NCBI RefSeq assembly: GCF_006345805.1
Contig: NC_043011.1
Coordinates: forward strand, 27,106,464-27,170,463
DNA from: Octopus sinensis
Lineage: Eukaryota
Direction: 5' to 3'
Length of the DNA: 64,000 bases
The notes beneath the pieces were generated by a model that was not told where the DNA came from, did no database searches, and was given only the letters and a program-made list of their open reading frames with translations. Positions 1 to 12,723 of the stretch are shown one piece after another (the first letter of the stretch is position 1; each line of letters opens with the position of its first letter). The translations under genes were made by a program, and so were the position numbers.

Positions 1-75
<75 letters not shown>

Positions 76-272
76 GTATGTATATATATGTTTGTGTGTC
101 CTTGTTTGTCCCTCCACCATCGCTTAACAACCGATGTTGGTATGTCGGCAAAAGAGACCGATAGAATAAGTACTAGGCTTACAAATAATAAGTCCTGGGG
201 TCGACTTCTTCGACTAAAGGTGGTGCTTCAGCATGGCAGCAGTTAAATGACTGAAACAAATAAAAGAATAAA

Positions 273-273
<1 letters not shown>
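1..273 (+). mobile_element. SINE family A, 3' part (internal TA/TG microsatellite plus tail); 5' end lies outside the window
   Basis: Tail matches the other family-A copies: acaaccgatgttgg...ccgatagaataagtactaggcttac...ggggtcgac...actgaaacaaataaaaga. Confidence 0.85.
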
Positions 274-331
<58 letters not shown>

Positions 332-693
332 GTGTGTGTGTGTGTGTGTGTGTGTGTGCATGTATGTATGTACATACGTTCTTGTTTGGATGTATATGTT
401 GTATATGTGTGTCTGCGTATGTATGTCTGTATGCATGCCTGTCAGTTTATATGAATGTATGTATATATATGCGTGTGCATATATATATATATATAAAAGT
501 GTGTGTGTGTGTGTGTGTGTGTACATTTCTTGGTCTCACTGTTTGTGTCGTTGTCTATGTATGCATAGGCATGTATACTCACCTACATGCGTATGTATAT
601 ATATATGGACTTTTGAGTGTATATATTTCTATTTATGGGAGTGTATAACATAAAATGTTGTTTAAATTTGTATGAGTATATCACGTGACCACG

Positions 694-995
694 GTGGAGG
701 AGCAATGGCCCAGTGGTTAGGGCAGCGGACTCGCGGTCGCAGGATCGCGGTTTAGATTCCCAGACCGGGCGTTGTGAGTATTTATTGAGCGAAAACACCT
801 AAAAGCTCCACGACGCTCCGGCAGGGGGGGGGGGATCCCTGCTGTACTCTTTCACCACTGTTTCTCCCACTCTTTCTTCTGTTGGTCTGCTCGCTTAGCC
901 AGCGGGGTGGCGTCATTCGAAGGCTAAAACAATGCGAACGCATTGTGACCAGCGATGTGTATCAACATCTGATGGTCTGGTCGGTCACGTGATAT
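694..995 (+). mobile_element. tRNA-derived SINE (family OR-like)
   Basis: A-box tggcccagtgg, B-box-like gtttagattcc, body gcgttgtgagt..ttattgagcgaaaacacctaaaagctccacg shared with 17959 and 58872 copies. Confidence 0.85.
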
Positions 996-997
996 CA

Positions 998-1727
998 CGA
1001 CTCGTTCTGCCAACCATTAGCGAGTGTACATTTGAAGAACAATTGAAATTTAAAGGGTTGTTACCGACACACTTAAGGGATCAGAGATAATAACATTTCA
1101 CAGACTGCCATCATAATTATATATGTACTGAATGAGTACTAGATAGGCAATAACAGATGAGAAGACATAGAAAGAAAAAATGGCGAAGGGTAGGGAAATT
1201 GTCTTGGCAAACTCATTAAAGATAATGAAAAGTTCAGGCTATCGTCAACAGCCCTGCAACCATTTAAGTGCTTACTATAATTAGTACGTACGATATATAT
1301 TCATCCATATATACTCATACATAAATTTGTATGAGTATATATGGATGAATATATATCGTACGTACTAATTATAGTAATCACTTAAATGGTTGCAGAGCTG
1401 TTGTATGAGTATATATATGGATGAATATATATCGTACGTACTAATTATAGTAAGCACTTAAATGGTTGCAGGGCTGTTGACGCTAGCCTGAACTTTTCAT
1501 TATCTTTAATGAGTTTGCCAAGACAATTTCCCTACCCTTCGCCATTTTTTCTTTCTATGTCTTCTCATCTGTTATTGCCTATCTAGTACTCATTCAGTAC
1601 ATATATAATTATGATGGCAGTCTATGAAATGTTATTATCTCTGATCCCTTAAGTGTGTCGGTAACAACCCTTTAAATTTCAATTGTTCTTCAAATGTACA
1701 CTCGCTAATGGTTGGCAGAACGAGTCG
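998..1727. repeat. Near-perfect ~730-bp fold-back palindrome (MITE-like)
   Basis: 998-1320 is the reverse complement of ~1402-1727 with only a few mismatches; hairpin centre ctcatac-ataaattt-gtatgag at ~1314-1335. Confidence 0.95.
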
Positions 1728-1854
1728 GTTTGAATTTTAAAATTCCACTTGTGTTCTTGCTACGTACACACACACACACACACACACACACATCACACAC
1801 ACACACACACACAGACACACACACACACACAAACACACACATGTATGTATGTAT

Positions 1855-1924
<70 letters not shown>

Positions 1925-2079
1925 GAACAAACTTACTTAGAAATGGATGCGTGATATATATATACTTTATATGTATATGTATCTACATATATACGTACAT
2001 GTATATATATTCATATAAACACAGACACACACACACACATATATATAAATATATTCATATGCATGCATACATTCATACA

Positions 2080-2110
<31 letters not shown>

Positions 2111-2243
2111 GGCTATACACATATATACAAAGAAAGTGACAGAGAGAGGAGAGAGAAAGACAGTGTACGTGGGTATGTGTTTGTGTGTGTACCTGAAATG
2201 TATTAATATAAAATCAACGGAGTTATTTTTCTTTTGAACATTT

Positions 2244-2939
2244 GGATCTCTTCAGTTTGGCTCACAAGTTTTTTAATTATTGTTTTAACTAAACAGTTTG
2301 AAAATTCGTATACTGGTGTAATTTCTCACACTGAACACGGTTTACTTTCAACATTTTTGAGAACATTTCGTATTTTAGAAGTTATTTCGTGTTGAAGTTG
2401 TCGTATTTAGGTAATTTTAACCAATCAATGACGTGTATTCAACCGAAGAAAGCTACTGCACTGTGAGATAGTAATCGAAGAGCAACAACTACCTGGTCAT
2501 TTCTACTAAATGTCACCACTCTGTTCTATTTAACTTTTGTTTACAGCAGTAATTGTAGTAGCAGTGGTTGGTAGTTTATAGTGTAGAAGTTGTTGTCTGC
2601 CAGTAGAGAAGGCAAGAGTTAGGAATGCACGGTGCTGACTAGAAAGGATAAAGGTGGTATCATCTTTCTTGCGGCCGAAAGCTTCTCTTCAACATCTAAT
2701 AGAAATGACCCGGAAGGTGTTACTCTTCGACTACTATCGCATAGAGCAATAGCTTTCTTCAACTGAATACACGTCATTGATTGGCTAAAATTATACTATA
2801 CTTCTAAAATACGAAACTCTGTCAAAAATGTTGAAAGTAAACCGTGTTCAGCGTGAGAAATTACACCAGTATACGAAGTTTCAAACTGTTTAGTTAAAAA
2901 AATAACTAAAACATCTCTGAGCCAAACTGAAGAAGTCCC
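2244..2939. mobile_element. MITE-like element with ~260-bp imperfect terminal inverted repeats
   Basis: 2244-2512 pairs with 2692-2939 (e.g. ttcagtttggctca/tgagccaaactgaa; gtatactggtgtaatttctcac/gtgagaaattacaccagtatac). Confidence 0.85.
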
Positions 2940-3695
2940 ACTATTTTTTAATCTTTTTAATTTTTCTGTTTTCTTTCTTTTGATAATTAGTATTCATTTC
3001 ATCATTTTGTATAAGCACCAAGAAATTTGATAAATGTTAAATTATAATCATCATATGTATGTCGTATTTCTTCACATTATCCTTTCAAGGAAAAGTGTAT
3101 TTCCCCAGTTACCTGTCATATGACGAATAACACTCTAATTTACTTAATTATATAATGTACTAGAAAATGATAAGTCAGTTTAAATAATCGCAATACATAT
3201 AAAATATATAATAAAAGGGCAATTACCTAGTTTAATTACCCTTATTAGCCTATGTTTATAAAATATGTCATAAATCGGTAATTAAGACAGATTAATTAAT
3301 CTTAATAATTATCCGTCATAAACAATGTTTAATTTATCTCTTGTGTATCATCGAAGAAAGTTTTATTCTTTAAGTAAGTTGTGTATTCTAGCGGAGGTGA
3401 AGGTGGGATATGACAGGCTATACATCGTCAACATCTCGGATAAATTTACTTCCCACACAAATTATTTCTTTCCTATAATGATACTATCACGTATTTCCCA
3501 TTACGTTACTTGCAATTCTTACGTGCTTACGTAAGTAAAATTTAAGCAAACTGTATAACAAAAGTCTATCTAAAACCTATTAACTACTCAATGTTTCAGA
3601 AATGAATTTCCTTTGAAAAATCACAGAAAACGTTCATCATCCAACTAGCACACCTCATTACTCCACTTACAGACTGCGATCACATTATTGAACAT

Positions 3696-3739
<44 letters not shown>

Positions 3740-3912
3740 TATATATCAGGAAGCGTTCGATGCTTCCTAGGGCTATACAGCGGTGGTGTACCCCCTACTG
3801 TCACGTTCTTGTTAGATGACAGTATACAACCATTCTATCGCTCCACCACCGTACATGTCTCTACGAGAGATTTAGAAATTCAATATTTCTTATATATATA
3901 TATATATGTGTA

Positions 3913-4323
3913 TTCTTTTACTCTTTTACTCTTTTACTTGTTTCAGTCATTTTGATTGCGGCCATGCTGGAGCACCGCCTTTTAGTCGAGCAAATCGACC
4001 CCGGGACTTATTCTTTGTAAGCCCAGTACTTATTCTATCGGTCTCTTTTGCCGAACCGCTAGGTGACGGGGACGTAAACACACCAGCATCGGTTGTCAAG
4101 CAATGCTAGGGGGACAAACACACACACACACACACACAACACACACACACACATATATATAAGTATATATACATATATACGACAGGCTTCTTTCAGTGTC
4201 CGTCTACCAAATCCACTCACAAGGCATTGGTCAGCCCGGGGCTATAGCAGAAGACACTTGCCCAAGATGCCACGCAGTGGGACTGAACCCAGAACCATGT
4301 GGTCGGTTAGCAAGCTACTTACC
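3913..4323 (-). mobile_element. SINE family A, near full length
   Basis: Reverse complement of head (aaccacatggttctgggttcagtcccactgcgtggc), internal microsatellite and (agtaaaag)n tail. Confidence 0.9.
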
Positions 4324-4324
4324 A

Positions 4325-4550
4325 CGTGTGTGTGTGTGTGTATCTGTGCTTGTGTTGAAACACCACCACCTCTTGACAACCGGCTTAAGTTTGTGTCCTT
4401 GCAAATGAACGGTTCGACAATAGATATCGATAGAGTAAGTACCAGACTTAGAAAAACCAGTACTAAAGTCGATTTGTTCGCTTAAATCGTTCAAGGCAGT
4501 TCTACAGTAAGGTCGAAGTCCAATGACTGAAGCAAGTAAAAGATTAAAGA
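4325..4550 (+). mobile_element. Diverged SINE family A tail
   Basis: ttgacaaccgg...cggttcgacaatagatatcgatagagtaagtacc...aatgactgaagcaagtaaaagattaaaga resembles the family-A tail. Confidence 0.65.
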
Positions 4551-4773
4551 CATACCACGGTTCAATAATGTGTCGTGGTTCTGTGGGTGGATCAATGATG
4601 TGTTCTCGGTGGACGAAGAACGTTTTCTGTGATTCTTCAAATGCAATACATTTGTAAAGCATTAATATGATTTCAGATAGAATTTTCTTTTACAGTTTGA
4701 TTTTTCTTACGTCAGCACTTACGTAAGCATTGCAAGTGATGGAAATAGGAGATACAGGAGAGTATCATTTTAT

Positions 4774-4810
<37 letters not shown>

Positions 4811-4844
4811 AACATACATACATACATATATATATATATAATAT

Positions 4845-4887
<43 letters not shown>

Positions 4888-5261
4888 TATATGTGTGTAT
4901 GTACGTATTTATATTTATATATATTTCTATGTGTGTATGTGTGTGAGGTAAACTTGTCCGAGACGTTGGCGATGTATAGACGACCATACCCCCACCTTCA
5001 CCTCTGCTAGAATATACAACTTACTTAAAGAGTGTAACTCCCTTAGATGTTACACAATATATACATTAAACATTGTTCATGAGGGATAACTATTAAAATT
5101 GATTAAACTGTCTTGAGTACCAATTTATAATATATTATATAAACATAAGTTACTAAGGTTAATTAAATTAATTAATTGCCAATGCATTGTACATTTTATA
5201 TGTATTGTTTTTACATGATGGCTACTACCATTATTTAAACTGACTTATCATTTTCGAGTAT

Positions 5262-5478
5262 ATTCTTTTCTACTCTAGGCATAAGGCCCGAAATTTTGGG
5301 GGAGGGGGGCCAGTCGATTAGATCGACCTCAATACGCAACTGGTACTTAATTTATCGACCCCGAAAGGATGAAGGGCAAAGTCGACCTCGGCGGAATTTG
5401 AACTCAGACCGTAAATACAGACGAAATATCGCTAAGCATTTCGCCCGGTGTGCTAACGTTTCTGCCAGTTCGCCGTCT
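5262..5478 (-). mobile_element. SINE family B (Deu/Nin-like central domain)
   Basis: Reverse complement of ggcgaactggcagaaacgttagc...gtcgactttgcccttcatcctttcggggtcgataaattaagtaccag. Confidence 0.9.
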
Positions 5479-5527
5479 CAAAGTGGAAAAAATATTGAAA
5501 AGAAAAATAACGGAATTTACTGAATTT

Positions 5528-5890
<363 letters not shown>

Positions 5891-6607
5891 ATAACAATTG
5901 AAGGACAGGTGTCAATTCATTACGGCCGTTTCTAACGACTCCTGTAATTGATTAATGAGAACATTATCTCATTATAAAGAAACCATTTTCTTTAGAGGAA
6001 TACCTGAACTTTACAATCAAGGACATTCCAAATGATTAACATATTTTAAAATCCACAGAGCAAAACATTTCCACTGATTCTGCTACTATTTCATTTGACA
6101 GAATGGCTTTACCAAAATAATGTACATTTAGTCAGATCAGAGAAATGTAGAGGTTAGTAGGGTTTTTACTGGTGGGGGAGAAATAAGCGACCTCTAGTGA
6201 CCCAATTATCCTCATTTCTAACAACAGAGAAAGCCGTGGCACCGTTTGTCTGGAATTTATCTATCTATCAAGGAGTTGCTTATTGTCTACAGGTAAGTTG
6301 TAAGAAAATGATTTGTGTTTAGATCAACCTAGTTATTTGTGATGGAACCCATTCACAAGCTTTTATCTCTACTACCAGACAAGGCAGGGGGAAATAATAG
6401 GGCAGCAGGGGATGGAGAGAAGAGGATAAAGGAAAAAATAGAAGAAAGCCTATCCAACCGTTACTAATTACCAGAATACTAAGAAAGAAAAAAAGCTTTG
6501 AAGGATAATGGAATAAAGGTTACTGGGGCAAAGCCCTAAACCATGATTGGGAATCATTGAAAGGGAATAAAACAGCCTACTATAAGATAGCAGAGATATG
6601 ATATTAT

Positions 6608-7050
6608 AACGATAAGAAAAATTAAATACTAGATATAAGGTAAAAATTTAAAAGGTACTTAAAATTATAAAGAAGAAATGTATTAAGATATAAAATAAAA
6701 AAATAGAAATTTTAAAGAAATATTAAGATATATAAAAAATATGAGGATATATAAAGTTTATATAAAAGAGATATCAATAAGAATAAAAGTGAAAAGAGTT
6801 TACATCATATGCAACAATTACGGGAAGGTAACGATAAGAAATATTAAATATTAAAGATAAGGTAAATAATTAAAAGGTACTTAAAATATAAAAAGAAATG
6901 TGTTCAGATATAGAAATTTGAGAAAAATCAAATTATCAAGAGATATAAGGTATGCAAAAAAAAAAAAAACAAAAAAACTTAAGATATATATAAAAATATA
7001 AAGATATATAAAATTCATAAAAAAGATATAAATAACGATAAAAAGTTTTT
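6608..7050 (+). repeat. Degenerate A-rich tandem duplication, period ~220 bp
   Basis: aacgataagaaa.attaaata...taaggtaaa.atttaaaaggtacttaaaa occurs at ~6608 and ~6830, with matching downstream segments. Confidence 0.7.
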
Positions 7051-7203
7051 AGATTTAAAATTTAGCAACAGCTGTTTCAGCACCTTTTACTTATTGATGA
7101 ATACTACAATTACTACGATTACATCATGAAAAAATTTTTAAAATCCGCTGTCATTAGATGATTTTAAACATAGGTAGGAGAAGAGAATTAAATCGACCCG
7201 TTT

Positions 7204-7425
7204 TGTACATTTGAAGAACTGTTGAAATTTAAAGAGCTGTCAGCGATATACTTATTGCAGAGATCAGAGACAATAAAATTTCATGATTGCTATCATAATT
7301 ATATATGTATTCAAAGAGGACAAGGTAGGCAATAAAAGATGAGAAAGAAAGGAAGAATTTGTCTTTGGAAACTCGTTAAAGATAATGAAAATTTCAGGCT
7401 GGCGTCAAAAAACCCTGCGATCATG
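7204..7425 (+). repeat. Diverged single-arm copy of the 998-1727 palindrome family
   Basis: gtacatttgaagaac..ttgaaatttaaag, gatcagaga.aataa, atcataattatatatgta, aactc.ttaaagataatgaaaa..tcaggct are shared with 1025-1260. Confidence 0.8.
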
Positions 7426-7883
7426 TAACACCACCAACGCAAGGGAAAAGACAGAGAAATATGTCGGACCTACAAGGATCCGTTCAACTATCGTCTTAAA
7501 GTCGCAATTCCTCCTTTAGGATACCAGAGAGGTGTAACATAACAACCCTGGCCATTTACTATGGTGTTTAAAAAAAGAGGGTACACCATACCTGATTAAA
7601 TAGAGGCTCCTATAATAACGGGGGTCATACCTCAGCGGGAGTAAACGATATAAGCTTTGTTTGGCGAGAGAGCAAGAATCTCGAAACACTTAAACTAAAA
7701 AAAAAAAAGGATGTTTAGTTGGTGCCCTTATCAGAGGATATTCATGTTGAAAACGTGGAATTCCTCGTTTGCCGATTCGCGAAAAGCAGTCGACTATGTG
7801 TTGACCCGTCTTAAATGCAATGGAACCGATTTAAGGGGTTAGCTTCAACTTGCCCTCGTTTATTTGCAGTAGAATTTCATTCT

Positions 7884-8282
7884 CTTACTCTTTTACTCTT
7901 TTACTTGTTTCAGTCATTTGACTGCGGCCATGCAGGAGCACCACCTTTAATCGAGCAACTCGACCCCGGGACTTATTCTTTGTAAGCTCAGTACTTATTC
8001 TATCGGTCTCTTATGCCGAACCGCTAAGTTACGGGGACATAAACACACCAGCATCGGTTGTCAAGCAATGCTAGGGGGACAAACACAAACATACACGCAC
8101 ACATATATATACATATATACGACGGGCTTCTTTCAGTTTCCGTCTACCAAATCCACTCACAAGGCTTTGGTCGGCCCGAGGCCATAGTAGAAGACACTTG
8201 CCCAAGGTGCCACGCAGTGGGACTGAACCCGGAACCATGTGGTAGGTAAACAAGCTACATACCACACAGCCACTCCTGCGCC
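7884..8282 (-). mobile_element. SINE family A, full length
   Basis: Complete head (gggcgcaggagtggctgtgtgg on minus strand), internal TA/TG tract and tail. Confidence 0.92.
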
Positions 8283-8558
8283 CGGAATTTTTTGTTTACA
8301 AAATGCAACTGATCATGACGTATTTCTCTGTCTTGCTTAGAGAGCATAAGTATCTCCGGACCACGTGTTTGACGAGTCGCTTATACAGTTCAGTGCTTTA
8401 TAGGTGCGAAACCAACGGTCATTCTCTGTCCGGCCATGATAAGCAACCATCTGAATATTATTGTTCTAATGTTTTAAAGTGTGCTTCTCCTCGGATATAT
8501 GAACTACTGACAAACATATACACGCATGCATACATGCATATATATATATATATTATTA

Positions 8559-8937
8559 TCTCTCTCTATATAAACGGCAGTTTGTCTGTCTGCGTGTCTG
8601 TGTGTCTGTTAGGTTGTACCCTCACCCTGACCACGGCTTTCAACCGATTCTGATGAAACTTGACACACACATAGTCCAATGTCATAATTCAAAACTAACG
8701 CAGCAAAAATTTTGAAAAGTTCCCCCAGTTCTGAAAAAAGTCGATAAATTCGACATGGGGTCGAGAATTAGAAACACAAACCACAGACTGTCTAGGGGAC
8801 GCAACTCGACCTTTTTAACTCTCAAAAAATTTACCATTTTTTTCCCATTTTTTTGCTATTTTTTGGCTATAACTCTCTAAAAATGCTTTATAGTTATTTC
8901 CCTTACAAACCCGAGCAACGCCGGGCGATACTGCTAG
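8559..8937 (+). mobile_element. Non-autonomous Helitron
   Basis: Starts A|TC, ends CTAG|T, subterminal hairpin cccg-agcaacgc-cggg (8910-8925), internal (GTCT)-type repeat. Confidence 0.85.
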
Positions 8938-8944
8938 TACTGTA

Positions 8945-9180
8945 TATAAGTTCGTAATAAGAAAGTGTGTCGGTGGTCCTTGCGAAGACTGTTCGTAATA
9001 GATCCATGGTATAAAGCCAGACCAAACACCGTGTGTTTTTAGGCGAAGCGGTTATTTGAGCAGAGACGGCAGGCATGAGGAGTATTTTTTTTCTGGAAGG
9101 GGACACCTCGTAGATGTTCAGTAAGTCTGTCGCCTGGACGGCGGCCACACTGTCCAATATGTAAGGATTTGCAAAAGATA
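8945..9180 (-). pseudogene. Penelope-like element GIY-YIG endonuclease fragment
   Basis: Minus-strand translation IFCKSLHIGQCGRRPGDRLTEHLR...FGLALYHGS resembles the YIGxTxRxLxxRxxEHxR segment of PLE GIY-YIG domains; contains a stop. Confidence 0.7.
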
Positions 9181-9282
<102 letters not shown>

Positions 9283-9312
9283 TACATATGTTTGTATATA
9301 TTTAAGCATTTA

Positions 9313-9545
9313 TGGCGGCGAGCTGGCAGAAACGTTAGCACGCTGGGCGAAATGCTTAGCTGTATTTCGTCTGCCGCTACGTTCTGAGTTCAAATTCCGC
9401 CGAGGTCCACTTTGCCTTTCATCCTTTCGAGGTCGATAAATTAAGTACCAGTTACACACTGGGGTCGATGTAATCGACTTAATCCATTTGTCTGTCCTTG
9501 TTTGTCCTCTCTGTGTTTAGCCCCTTGTGGGCAATAAAGAAATAA
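9313..9545 (+). mobile_element. SINE family B with 14-bp target-site duplication
   Basis: Full head-to-tail copy; tatatttaagcatt at 9297-9310 and 9546-9559. Confidence 0.92.
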
Positions 9546-9818
9546 TATATTTAAGCATTAAACTAATAGAACATCTACGTATTATGCTCATTGACTAACT
9601 TTCTAGGGACTTTATTGCGATTAGTTGCGCAGAAAGAAAAGAAAAAAAAAACTGTATTGCTGACAGTACATTGTTAAGAAGTTGCCGAGGAAGCGTATAT
9701 ACCATAATACTATATAATATCCTGAGAACACGAATTATCATATATAAAATTTGAAAACAACCATAATCCGAACCGAGAAAATGTGATGCATATATGCATA
9801 TAAAATGGGACACATACA

Positions 9819-9857
<39 letters not shown>

Positions 9858-10799
9858 TCATACCTACATGCATACACATACACAGACACACACATGCATT
9901 TATTATATGAACAAAAGTGCCGAGGGGCGAATAGTTAGTCCTATAAATAAAGAATAGTACAGCTTATTATACCAAATAATCAGGAATAATATACAGGTGT
10001 AATAAAATTGACGTTCCATTCTGGAACAAGACCAATAAAACAACGGTCAGTGCAATATAATTTCACCTTGCAGCTGATGTAAACATTACGTCTACAATAA
10101 ATCGATTACTAATTGTAATCTTGTAAAATAAGATACTCGTGTCATAGGTTCGTATACGTTTCTATAATGTTTTTTTAAAGCAACGTAAGGTGAACACCAG
10201 TTGTTAAAAGTCAGGTTTGACAAAGTTCCAGCAGAATTATCTACTATTTATTGTTTCATATTTCAGAACGATTGTCGACATATGGAAACCAAATGAGAAT
10301 TTCAGATTCTAAAGTGTCCCAGTAGTTGTCTCATTTAGGTGAACGAGTATTGTCGCTTATTGATTTTTGTCGGCATTTCTGGATTTCAGAGAAAGTGAAG
10401 TAAAATATTAATGGAACGGCGGATGTACAAACACAATTTCACGCACACACATCTCTGCATACATGCATATACATACATACTCAAACATGCACGTTTGGAT
10501 GTATACACGTACATATATGCATACATACATATTCGTACATACAAGCGCATACATATATGAATGCATACATGCATACATACATGCATACATGCATACATGC
10601 ATCCATACATATACATGCATGCACATATATACACATTCACGCATGCATATATACACATTCATACATACATACTACAGCCGCCCATTGAAATTGATGATGA
10701 CTTGGTAGCATGTAACAAGCTTTTCAACTGTTACTCAGAGGTGTAGAGTTTTAATGCACTTATCAACGTCTATTCCCTTGATTCACTGTAGCTTTTACG

Positions 10800-10820
10800 C
10801 TAATATTAATAATAATAATA

Positions 10821-10864
<44 letters not shown>

Positions 10865-10870
10865 GTAGTA

Positions 10871-10929
<59 letters not shown>

Positions 10930-11122
10930 GGTTTTAAATTTTGGTACAAGGCCAGAAATTTCGGAGGAAGTTGTAAGTCAATTACTGGTACTTATTTTAT
11001 CCGACTCCAAAGAATGAAAGGCTTAGTCGACCCCGGTGGCATTTGAACTCAAATTTTAAAGACGGACGAAATGCCACTAAGCATTTTGCCCGGCGTGCTA
11101 ACGATTCTGCTAGCTCGCCGCC

Positions 11123-11156
<34 letters not shown>

Positions 11157-11372
11157 AATAATCCTTTCCACTCGAAGCACAAGGCCTCAAATTTTTGGGG
11201 AAGGGATTAAGTCGATTACATCGACCTCAGTGCGTAACTGGTACTTATTTAATCGACCCCAAAAGGATGTAAGGCAAAATCGACCTTGGCGGAATTTGAA
11301 CTCAGAACATGAAGGACGAAATACCGCAAAGCATTTTTCCCGGTGTGCTAACGATTCTGCCAGCTCGCCGCC
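10800..11372 (-). mobile_element. Two family-B SINEs with (TAA)n/(TGA)n tracts
   Basis: Copies at ~10930-11121 and ~11160-11372, each abutting trinucleotide repeats. Confidence 0.85.
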
Positions 11373-11398
11373 CTAATAATGATAACAACAACAACAAC

Positions 11399-11436
<38 letters not shown>

Positions 11437-11443
11437 TTATAAA

Positions 11444-11984
11444 TGCCAGTGGCTCTCATGGCTTCTGATCATAATTGATTGGAAATGTTATCATGTAGAT
11501 TGATTTGTCTTGGTATAAAAGATGGGCTACAGTAAATATTCTGCTCAATACCACAGATTTGCTTGTCAGTTGTTTGACCATAACCAATTGAGCATGTTCC
11601 TTAGTGGCTGACGATATGTGCATCTCTGATCACGAGCAGAAGTAGTGTGGGAGCATCATAGCCATGTGTTGAGAGGGATTCTTTGGGGTTTGAATAATTC
11701 ACCTTTGGAAACATGGGTGTTTCGGTCAACATCCTTAAACAACCCTTATTCAGGGACCGTTTGAGCGGATTGGGTTACTCGACCAGAAGAAAATTCTAAC
11801 TGGGCCCCACCTGCAAGGTCATGTGCTGTTTATCTTGATATGAGATCACTACGTCACACACATATGCTTGTGATGCATGTGCCTGGTGTACTCTTATCAG
11901 ACAGGTAGTCATGATGGGTATACTGGGCTTCGTATATTTTACCCCAGTGTCACTTTGATGGCATGCACTGCTCTCTCACTCAAT
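11444..11984 (+). mobile_element. Family C: probable 3' end of a (TAA)n-associated non-LTR retroelement
   Basis: Homologous to 34767-35181; both end at ctctctcactcaa followed by (TAA)n, while 5' ends differ. Confidence 0.7.
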
Positions 11985-12000
11985 AGTAATAATAATAATA

Positions 12001-12038
<38 letters not shown>

Positions 12039-12061
12039 GTAGTAGTAGTAGTAATAATACT

Positions 12062-12252
12062 CCTTTCTACTGGAAGCACAAGGCCTCAAATTTTGGGGAA
12101 GTGATTAAGTCGATTACATCGACCCCAGTGCGTAAATGGTACTTATTTAATCGACCCCAAAAGGCGGAATTTGAACTCAGAACACGAAGAAGGACGAAAT
12201 ACCGCAATGCATTTTGCCCGGCGTGCTAACGATTCTGCCAGCTCGCTGCCCT
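12062..12252 (-). mobile_element. SINE family B (internally deleted; paralogue of 11160-11372)
   Basis: Shares gaagcacaaggcctcaaattt and ttatttaatcgaccccaaaagg with the 11160 copy. Confidence 0.85.
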
Positions 12253-12723
12253 AATAATAATGACAACAACAACAACAACAATAATAATCACGGTGTCTGA
12301 TTTAGGTTCAAGTCCAGCAATTCTGAAGGGAGAGGCAAGTGGATTACATTGACACCTACACTTACTTGGTAGATTATTTTATCGAGTCTGGCTGGATAAA
12401 AGAAAACAAGACGAAACGAAATACGAACTTAATCTTGAGGGGATTTGAAACCAATAAAATTGTTATTGATTTAAGTACAAAGTCAGCAATTTTGAGGACA
12501 GTGGGTTAGTCGGCATCATCGAGCCCGGTACTTGACTGGTACTGCATTTTAACGAACCGGAAATATGAACGGTAACGCTGACTTTCTAGACTTAAGATCA
12601 GAGATTTTCACAAGTTTCTTTCATCGAACTGGAAGACGCCCTCCGTCTCACCGGGCTAAAAACACAGATTAACGGACTTTAACATTTCCCCGTTTGACTA
12701 CTCTCCCTAGGCATATTATTTTT

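Larger units (their letters stand above)
3154..5264. repeat. Old ~2.1-kb inverted repeat with ~540-bp arms and nested insertions
   Basis: 3154-3693 pairs with 4560-5264 (right arm interrupted by a TA/TACA tract ~4770-4935); anchors gaaaatgataagtcagtttaaataat, ctagcggaggtgaaggtggg, aatcacagaaaacgttc. Confidence 0.8.

Noticed and set aside
3740-3775. Minus-strand hairpin followed by CTGAT as a type-III hammerhead
   Set aside because: The core is cut off by the TA tract and the NUH register does not fit.
4315-4662. Minus-strand 115-aa ORF with a GTATGT donor-like site
   Set aside because: It lies in the right arm of the 3154-5264 inverted repeat and runs into a SINE tail.
5478-5493. 16-bp identity with the H4 stem-II loop region (23320-23335, minus)
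   Set aside because: A-rich, and similarity does not extend convincingly; probably chance.
11627-11680. CTGACGA in family C as a hammerhead; family C as an HDV-like ribozyme
   Set aside because: No GAAA or stem arrangement, and I could not fit the HDV pseudoknot by eye.
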